Assembly (NCBI GenBank): GCA_045602245.1
Contig: JAZSBC010000152.1
Coordinates: 14,503 to 78,502, forward strand
Length of the DNA: 64,000 nucleotides
Reading direction: 5' to 3'
Source of the DNA: Acutalibacteraceae bacterium
Lineage (GTDB): Bacteria > Bacillota > Clostridia > Oscillospirales > Acutalibacteraceae
Position 1 is the stretch's first letter, and each line of letters begins with the position of its first letter. The notes under the pieces are model-generated. The model was not told the origin of the DNA, made no database searches, and saw nothing but the letters and a program-made list of their open reading frames with translations. This document shows positions 57,538 through 64,000 of this stretch, one piece after another. Position numbers and translations under genes: made by a program.

Positions 57538-58554
57538 ATGGCGGCAATTTTTGTTACGTTAAAAAATATTTTTCAAGCAGTGGTATCGGTGTTTATGCTG
57601 ATTCCCATTCTTCTCACAATGGGTGATGCAGGCAACCCCGACACGCCCGTAATATCATATCCCGAATCCGACAACCCATATATTGCAGAATATCTTGACC
57701 CTGATATTGCGGCTCACCGCTCAGGCGCAGGCGTTGCGCCCCAGAATACGCTTATGGCGTTTGAAAACATAATTGAAAACGAAGCTGACCTCGGCGTTGA
57801 TACTCTTGAATTTGACGTTCAGGTTACCAAAGACGGCGAACTTGTGTTGCTTCACGACCTGACTCTCGACGGTGTTTCCGATGCGGAAGAAACTCTCGGC
57901 AAAAAGAACGTTTCCGTTTCATCGCTGACCCTTGAAGAGGCGAAAGTGCTCAATATGGGCGAGAATTTTAAAATTGACGGTGAATATCCTTACAGAGGAC
58001 TCAGGGGCGATGATATTCCCGATAACCTCAGAATTGCCACCTGTGACGAGGTTATAGATTACGTTGAAGCAAACAGCAACAAAGAATATAACTATATAAT
58101 CGAGATAAAGAGCATCGGTTCAAACGGAAGAAAAGCGGCGGATAAGCTTTATTCGGTTATCGCAGAGCGCAATCTTCAGGGCAGAGTTATCTGGTCAACC
58201 TTTGCGCCCTTCACTTCGGCTTATATGTCAAAAAATTATCCCGGAATTTCACGCACCGCCGATGCGATAGAAGCCGTTCAGTTTTATTTTTATTACAGAA
58301 TGGGCTGGAATCTTCAGGACGTCAGTCCATCATACGTTGCCCTGCAGATTCCCTACGGCTCAAGCGCATTTGATAATATTATCAATCTCGGCACAAGAGA
58401 GATGCTTAACTACGCTCATTCAAACAATATCGCCGTTCAGTATTGGACAATCAACAGCGAAGAAGAGATAAGAACGCTTACCCTCAACGGCGCTGACTGC
58501 ATACTGACGGATTATCCGCAGACGGCATACGATACCGTGAAATCCTGCAAATGA
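57538..58554 (+). CDS. Glycerophosphodiester phosphodiesterase, exported or membrane-anchored
   Basis: AHRSG, PQNT, EFDV...KDG...HD, IEIK, WTIN and TDYP motifs; N-terminal hydrophobic segment. Confidence 0.9.
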   Translation: MAAIFVTLKNIFQAVVSVFMLIPILLTMGDAGNPDTPVISYPESDNPYIAEYLDPDIAAHRSGAGVAPQNTLMAFENIIENEADLGVDTLEFDVQVTKDGELVLLHDLTLDGVSDAEETLGKKNVSVSSLTLEEAKVLNMGENFKIDGEYPYRGLRGDDIPDNLRIATCDEVIDYVEANSNKEYNYIIEIKSIGSNGRKAADKLYSVIAERNLQGRVIWSTFAPFTSAYMSKNYPGISRTADAIEAVQFYFYYRMGWNLQDVSPSYVALQIPYGSSAFDNIINLGTREMLNYAHSNNIAVQYWTINSEEEIRTLTLNGADCILTDYPQTAYDTVKSCK

Positions 58555-58599
58555 TTTATCGGCGGTATTTTGGGAAAAACAATCATAAGGGGAGATTAT

Positions 58600-60876
58600 A
58601 TGAGAAATATCAAATTTATAAACAAAGAATGGCTCTTTTCAAAAAACGCAAAATCAGCTCCCGCTTCGCTTCCGTCCGATTGGTCGGCAGTTGACCTGCC
58701 TTATACATGGAACGGTGAGGACGGTCAGGACGGCGGAAACGATTATTACAGAGAAACCTGTTATTTTGCAAAATCAATAAAAGCCGATGAATTGCCTGCA
58801 GGCGAGGTGAAATATCTTCAGTTTGACGGCGTTAATTCATCCTGCGAGGTTTTCTGGAACGGCAAAAGCCTTGCGAAGCACGACGGCGGTTATTCAACTT
58901 TCAGAGTAAAAATCGAAAATATAAAAGATGAAAATATTCTTGCCGTTGCGGTTGACAATTCACCCAACGACAGAGTTTATCCCCAGAATGCCGATTTCAC
59001 GTTTTACGGCGGTATTTACCGTGACGTGAGCGTTATAGGCGTTCCCGAAAAGCATTTTGATCTTGATTATTACGGTTCACCCTCAATAATGGTAACCCCC
59101 GAAATCAGCGGAAATGATGCGGTTGTTGAGATAAAAACGTTTATAAATGATGACGATGACTGCACTGTAAAATATGAAATCATTGCCGACGGCGCGGTTG
59201 TTGCCTGCGAAGAGAAAAAGGGTGATGACGAAGCAAAAATAAAAATTGAGAACGTTCATCTCTGGAACGGCGTTAAAGATCCTTATCTTTATACAGCAAA
59301 GGCAACTCTTATCTGCAACGGCGAAGCGGTTGACGAAGTTTCAGCCCGTTTCGGCTGCCGTACTTTTAAAATCGACCCCGAAAAAGGCTTTTTCCTTAAC
59401 GGAAAGGAATATCCCCTCAGAGGTGTTTCGCGCCATCAGGACAGACCCGATATCGGCAATGCGCTTCTGCCCGAGCATCACAAGGAGGATATTGAGCTTA
59501 TTCTTGAAATGGGTGCGAACACAATCCGCCTTGCCCATTATCAGCATTCGCAGGTTTTCTATGACCTTTGCGACGAAGCAGGTCTTGTTATCTGGGCTGA
59601 AATTCCTTATATTTCAAAGCATATGCCAAACGGCTATGAAAACACAGTTACTCAGATGAAAGAGCTTGTTGTTCAGAATTACAATCATCCTTCAATCGTT
59701 GTGTGGGGCCTTTCAAACGAAATCACCATTGCAGGCGCATCCCACCCCGACCTTATCAGAAACCATAAAAAGCTCAACGAACTCTGCCATAAAATGGATA
59801 AAACCCGACTCACAACCATCGCTTCGGTTACGATGTGTTCAATAGATTCGGAATACGTTCATATCAGCGACGTGCTTTCTTATAACCATTATTTCGGCTG
59901 GTACGGCGGTTCAACCGATATGAACGGTCCGTGGTTTGACGATTTCCATAAGAAATATCCCAATAAGCCCATCGGTCTGAGCGAATACGGATGCGAGGCT
60001 CTTGACTGGCACACCTCAACCCCTACTCAGGGCGACTATACCGAGGAATATCAGGCTTATTATCACGAAGAGCTTATAAAACAGATTGCCGAAAGACCCT
60101 ATCTCTGGGCAACCCACGTGTGGAATATGTTCGATTTCGCTGCCGATGCCCGTGCCGAGGGCGGCGAAAACGGAATGAACCATAAGGGTCTTGTAACGTT
60201 TGACAGAAAATATAAGAAAGACTCTTTCTACGCATATCAGGCGTGGCTTTCCGAGAAGCCGATGATTCATCTCTGTTCAAAGAGATATATCGACAGAGTT
60301 GAAGACGTAACGAAAGTTACCGTTTATTCAAACTGCGCTGAGGTTGAACTTTTTGCAAACGGAAAAAGCATCGGCAAGCAGAAGAAAGGCAAGTATCCCT
60401 TCTTTTATTTCGAAGTTAAAAACGAAGGCGAAACAACCCTTGTTGCAAAGGCAGGGGAGCTTGAGGATTCAGGCGTGATCAGAAAAGTTGATACACCCAA
60501 CGAAGCTTATATTATGAAAGAAGAGGGCGCCGTTATCAACTGGTTTGATATAACTATGCCCGACGGCAGATTTTCAATCAACGATACCATCGGCGATATA
60601 ATGTCAACCCTCAAGGGCAAGATTACGATGGTTAAAATCCTGCTCAAAATCAAGAATGCAATGACCTCAGGCAAAGAAAAAGACGGCAAAAAGGGCGGCG
60701 GACTTGAGGTTGCAGGTTTTAAGCTCAGTATGGGTATGATAAAAAATGTTTACGGTATGGCAAAGGGCTTCACTGTTAAACGCATTTTCTCAATGCTCGG
60801 AGGAAAATTCACCAAGGAACAGATTCTTGAAATCAACGCAATGCTCAACAAGGTGAAAAAGCCGAAAAAGAAATAA
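58600..60876 (+). CDS. GH2 beta-glucuronidase (FMN-binding-type architecture)
   Basis: RLAHYQH, SNE (acid/base), SEYG (nucleophile), the NHKG (NxKG) GUS motif and a ~110-aa helical C-terminal extension. Confidence 0.8.
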   Translation: MRNIKFINKEWLFSKNAKSAPASLPSDWSAVDLPYTWNGEDGQDGGNDYYRETCYFAKSIKADELPAGEVKYLQFDGVNSSCEVFWNGKSLAKHDGGYSTFRVKIENIKDENILAVAVDNSPNDRVYPQNADFTFYGGIYRDVSVIGVPEKHFDLDYYGSPSIMVTPEISGNDAVVEIKTFINDDDDCTVKYEIIADGAVVACEEKKGDDEAKIKIENVHLWNGVKDPYLYTAKATLICNGEAVDEVSARFGCRTFKIDPEKGFFLNGKEYPLRGVSRHQDRPDIGNALLPEHHKEDIELILEMGANTIRLAHYQHSQVFYDLCDEAGLVIWAEIPYISKHMPNGYENTVTQMKELVVQNYNHPSIVVWGLSNEITIAGASHPDLIRNHKKLNELCHKMDKTRLTTIASVTMCSIDSEYVHISDVLSYNHYFGWYGGSTDMNGPWFDDFHKKYPNKPIGLSEYGCEALDWHTSTPTQGDYTEEYQAYYHEELIKQIAERPYLWATHVWNMFDFAADARAEGGENGMNHKGLVTFDRKYKKDSFYAYQAWLSEKPMIHLCSKRYIDRVEDVTKVTVYSNCAEVELFANGKSIGKQKKGKYPFFYFEVKNEGETTLVAKAGELEDSGVIRKVDTPNEAYIMKEEGAVINWFDITMPDGRFSINDTIGDIMSTLKGKITMVKILLKIKNAMTSGKEKDGKKGGGLEVAGFKLSMGMIKNVYGMAKGFTVKRIFSMLGGKFTKEQILEINAMLNKVKKPKKK

Positions 60877-60884
60877 ATGAATTT

Positions 60885-60922
60885 AAAAGTCTGTACAAAA
60901 TTACTTTTGTGCAGACTTTTTT
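60885..60922 (+). terminator. GH2 terminator
   Basis: AAAAGTCTGTACAAAA...TTTTGTGCAGACTTTTTT. Confidence 0.85.
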
Positions 60923-61048
60923 CTTAGGGAAATTTTAATAATTACAGTGCAACAATTTTGCGGATATGTAACACTTATATAGTGAAAGGATAATCAATCA
61001 GGATTATTATGGGGACAAAAAGTATAATTAACAGGGGGACAAAAGAAT

Positions 61049-63406
61049 ATGAAACTCGGCAGTAAGATCGAGAATCTCGCATTTATGAAAAATGCGGGGC
61101 TTCCCGTGCCTGACTTTGAGTATTTTTCGTTTGATGAGCTGATAGCTTCGGATGAGAAAATCAAAAAGGCGCTCAGGGAAGGCGAGGGCAAATCGGTTAA
61201 AGAAAAAAGCCGTCTGCTCAAAAATGCGGTAAAGGAATCCGTTGCGGTGACACGCGGAATTATCCTCAAGGGCGAAAAATTTTCGGTGCGTTCATCATCC
61301 TGTGTTGAGGACTCTGCGGATAACAGCTTTGCAGGTCAGTTTGATACTTTTCTCAACGTTGAACGCAAGGATATTCCCGAAAGAATCGCAGACTGCGTAT
61401 GTTCGCTCTATAACGAAAACGTTCTTGATTATATGGAGCAGAAAGGACTTGATATCAGCCTGCTCAAAATGAACGTTATCGTTCAGCGAATGGTAAATTC
61501 CGACGTTTCGGGCATTGTTTTCACCGCTAACCCTCAGGGCATTCTCAACGAAACCGTTATTGTTGCAGGCAGGGGACTCGGCGAAAACGTTGTGTCCGAC
61601 AGAATTGACACAACCTCATATTACTATTCGCTTACCGACGATATCTATTATTATGACGGAAAAGAAAATCTGCTCAGCGATGAAAAGGTACACGAGCTGA
61701 TTGACACCTCAAAAACTATCTGCGGTCATCTGGGCAAATATACGGATATTGAATTTGCCGTTGAAAACGGTGAACTCTTCATTCTTCAGGCGAGACCGAT
61801 TACAACTCTTTCTGATGAAAATCCGCTTATATTCGATAACAGCAATATTGTTGAAAGCTATCCCGGGCTGAGCCTTCCGCTGACGGTTTCGTTTGTTGAT
61901 ATGGTTTATGCAGGCGTGTTCAAGGATACGGCGCGCAGACTTCTCAAAAATGAAAAAGAACTGAAAAAACGCTATGATATTCTTGAAAACACCGTCGGTA
62001 ACTCAAACGGCAGACTGTATTATAATCTCAATAACTGGTATAACGCAATAAAATTTCTGCCTTTCAGCAAAAAGATAATTGCCATCTGGCAGGAGCTTGT
62101 GGGCGTAAAATACAAGGAATACGATAACAAGAAAAACGAAATCAATCCGTTTGTGAAAGCGTCGATTTATTTCAACACCGTAACCGAGCTTATAAACACG
62201 CCCAAGAATATGAAAAAGCTCAACGAAAAATTCATTGATATCAAAAACTACGTCTACGGCAGATTTGAGGAAGAAATGAACGCCGAGCAGATATTTGAAC
62301 TGTTTGATAAAATTCAGGATCAGCTTCTTTCTTGCTGGGGCGTTACCCTGCTCAACGATACCTATGCGTTTATTTTTACAGGTCTTCTCAAGAGCAGGCT
62401 TAAAAAGAAATATGAAAACCACGAGCAGATTGCAAATTCATATATTTCGGGCATTTCGAATATCGAGAGTATGAAGCCCGTTAAAGAAATGATAAAAATT
62501 GCAATGGAAAAAGATAAGATGAGCGCGTGGGAATACCGCAGAAGAGCCGATGAATACATTGCGGTTTACGGCGACAGATGCCTTGAAGAGCTTAAGCTTG
62601 AAACAGAAACTTTCAGAACGAATCCCGAGCTTTTTGATGCGAAAATCAATGAGTTTTCCGAGGATATTGAAAAACTCCTGCCCCTTCTCGAAGAGCAGAA
62701 GCAAGAGGAATTCGAAATCAAAGACCCGATAACAAAATTCCTGAGCAAAAACTGTATGCTCGGCATCGGCAACAGAGAAATTCAGCGCCTTAACAGAGGC
62801 AGAATTTTCGGTATGGTAAGAGAAGCCGTTCTCCGCCTCGGCGATATTTACGTTAAAGAAAATTACATAGACGAAAAGCGCGACGTATTTTATCTTACAC
62901 TTGACGAACTCCGTTCGCTCGCAAAAACGCCCTGCGATATGAGAGAAACCGTTGAAAGAAGAAAGAACAAATACGAAATGTATGCTCTTCTTCCTGCATA
63001 TTCAAGAATCATTTTCAGCGATAAGGCGTTTGATAAAAACCACCGCAACATCAATATGAATTCCGTTTACTGCGGAAAAGATGAAATGGTAGGAGTTCCG
63101 TGTTCAAACGGCGTTGTTGAGGGCGAAGCCTGCGTTGTGACCGACGTTAAGAGCGTGAAAAGCGTAAAGGATAAAATTCTTATCACAAAGATGACCGACC
63201 CCGGCTGGGTATTCCTGCTTGCGGAGGCAAAGGGCGTTGTGAGCGAAAAAGGCTCTCTCCTTTCGCACACGGCAATCATCTCAAGAGAGCTTGGAATTCC
63301 TGCGGTTGTGGGTATAGATAACCTGATGTCAACGGTTAAAAACGGCGATACGGTCCGCCTTGACGGCGCAAGCGGTATTGTTAAAATCATAAGACGCGCA
63401 AGTTGA
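61049..63406 (+). CDS. PEP-utilising phosphotransferase with rifampicin-phosphotransferase-like domain order
   Basis: ATP-grasp motifs (VRSSSCVED, SFAGQF, VQRMV, DIEF, LQARPIT), a central helical domain and a C-terminal swivel domain GSLLSHTAIISRELGIPAVVG. Confidence 0.85.
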   Translation: MKLGSKIENLAFMKNAGLPVPDFEYFSFDELIASDEKIKKALREGEGKSVKEKSRLLKNAVKESVAVTRGIILKGEKFSVRSSSCVEDSADNSFAGQFDTFLNVERKDIPERIADCVCSLYNENVLDYMEQKGLDISLLKMNVIVQRMVNSDVSGIVFTANPQGILNETVIVAGRGLGENVVSDRIDTTSYYYSLTDDIYYYDGKENLLSDEKVHELIDTSKTICGHLGKYTDIEFAVENGELFILQARPITTLSDENPLIFDNSNIVESYPGLSLPLTVSFVDMVYAGVFKDTARRLLKNEKELKKRYDILENTVGNSNGRLYYNLNNWYNAIKFLPFSKKIIAIWQELVGVKYKEYDNKKNEINPFVKASIYFNTVTELINTPKNMKKLNEKFIDIKNYVYGRFEEEMNAEQIFELFDKIQDQLLSCWGVTLLNDTYAFIFTGLLKSRLKKKYENHEQIANSYISGISNIESMKPVKEMIKIAMEKDKMSAWEYRRRADEYIAVYGDRCLEELKLETETFRTNPELFDAKINEFSEDIEKLLPLLEEQKQEEFEIKDPITKFLSKNCMLGIGNREIQRLNRGRIFGMVREAVLRLGDIYVKENYIDEKRDVFYLTLDELRSLAKTPCDMRETVERRKNKYEMYALLPAYSRIIFSDKAFDKNHRNINMNSVYCGKDEMVGVPCSNGVVEGEACVVTDVKSVKSVKDKILITKMTDPGWVFLLAEAKGVVSEKGSLLSHTAIISRELGIPAVVGIDNLMSTVKNGDTVRLDGASGIVKIIRRAS

Positions 63407-63411
63407 TAAAT

Positions 63412-63438
63412 AAAAAGGCACGGAAAAATCCGTGCCTT
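63412..63438. terminator. Bidirectional terminator
   Basis: AAGGCACGGA-AAAA-TCCGTGCCTT. Confidence 0.8.
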
Positions 63439-63442
63439 AAAT

Positions 63443-64000
63443 TTATCCTATTTTTACCTCACGCTCATAGCGTTCCATTCTTTCGAATTCATCAGGTGTG
63501 CCGTAGCCTGCGTCGAGGTTTGCTTTGATGAGTCTAACAATTTCGCCGTGAAGCTTTTGGTTAGCCTCTTCAACGCTCATACCAACCGTTGAGAAAGGTT
63601 TGCCGATTCTTGCACAAAGCGATTTGCTTCTGAATTTATATTCGCCCGTAACGGCAACGGGTACCATCATTGCCTCATTTTTGCAGGCAAGAGATGCAGC
63701 ACCGTATTTGAACTCGCCCATAAGGTTGTTTGTTTTGTTTCTTGTTCCTTCGGGGAAAATACCAAGCGCACCTTTTGACTGAAGAACGGCATTTGCAGAT
63801 GCCTTTGCTTCTTCGTCGTGACCGTTGCGGTTAACGCAGATGCAGCCTGCAAGCTTGAAGAACCAGGCGAATTTGCCCTGAAAGTATTCAGCCTTTGCCA
63901 TATAGTTTATGGGCCTGAGTGTTGACATTGCGGCAAGGCACTGGTCAAAAACGTGCTTATGGTTGCTGCAGATAACAACTGCGCCCTTTTTGGGGATATT
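63443..64000 (-). CDS. plsC: 1-acyl-sn-glycerol-3-phosphate acyltransferase (5'-truncated)
   Basis: The frame is open to the window edge; NHKHVFD (HX4D) and FPEGTR motifs. Confidence 0.88.
   Translation of the reverse strand, partial: NIPKKGAVVICSNHKHVFDQCLAAMSTLRPINYMAKAEYFQGKFAWFFKLAGCICVNRNGHDEEAKASANAVLQSKGALGIFPEGTRNKTNNLMGEFKYGAASLACKNEAMMVPVAVTGEYKFRSKSLCARIGKPFSTVGMSVEEANQKLHGEIVRLIKANLDAGYGTPDEFERMERYEREVKIG

Noticed and set aside
61009-61065. 18-codon uORF overlapping the RPH-like start
   Set aside because: Weak RBS and no regulatory-peptide features; probably chance.

Overview
Chromosomal window from a spore-forming, low-GC Clostridia bacterium, probably Oscillospirales/Ruminococcaceae-like (judged from spoVAE, rpsT-gpr and the dcw layout). 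1-14 kb: two tandem giant secreted repeat proteins (one truncated, >1290 aa; one 3302 aa). Both are built from InlB-B/Flg_new-like and MucBP-like repeats and end in the same X-module plus dockerin-like tail; the complete one also starts with two cohesin-like domains. They are followed by a ~330-bp palindrome- and DnaA-box-rich non-coding element. 14.4-18.3 kb: nagA, a MITE-like insertion that duplicated the acpP terminator, acpP, spoVAE, a small Cys-tailed membrane protein, rpsT and gpr. 18.5-33 kb: dcw cluster (mraZ rsmH ftsL spoVD/ftsI murE murF mraY ftsW/spoVE murG murA ftsQ ftsZ; no murD/murC/murB/ddl/ftsA). 33-64 kb: accessory metabolism, comprising an MFS with a long basic tail, an FGGY kinase, an ArsB/NhaD-type permease with an attenuator-like leader, a YfhO/TetM-like GTPase/DUF2804 operon, an ABC transporter, Gfo/Idh/MocA plus GH92, an ECF sigma/anti-sigma pair, a propeller-(alpha/alpha) protein, pncA-nadE-rpe-rbsK, GDPD, a GH2 beta-glucuronidase, an RPH-like PEP-utilising enzyme and partial plsC. 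No rRNA, tRNA, CRISPR array, transposase or reverse transcriptase was seen. All family calls come from motifs recognised by eye, not from database searches.
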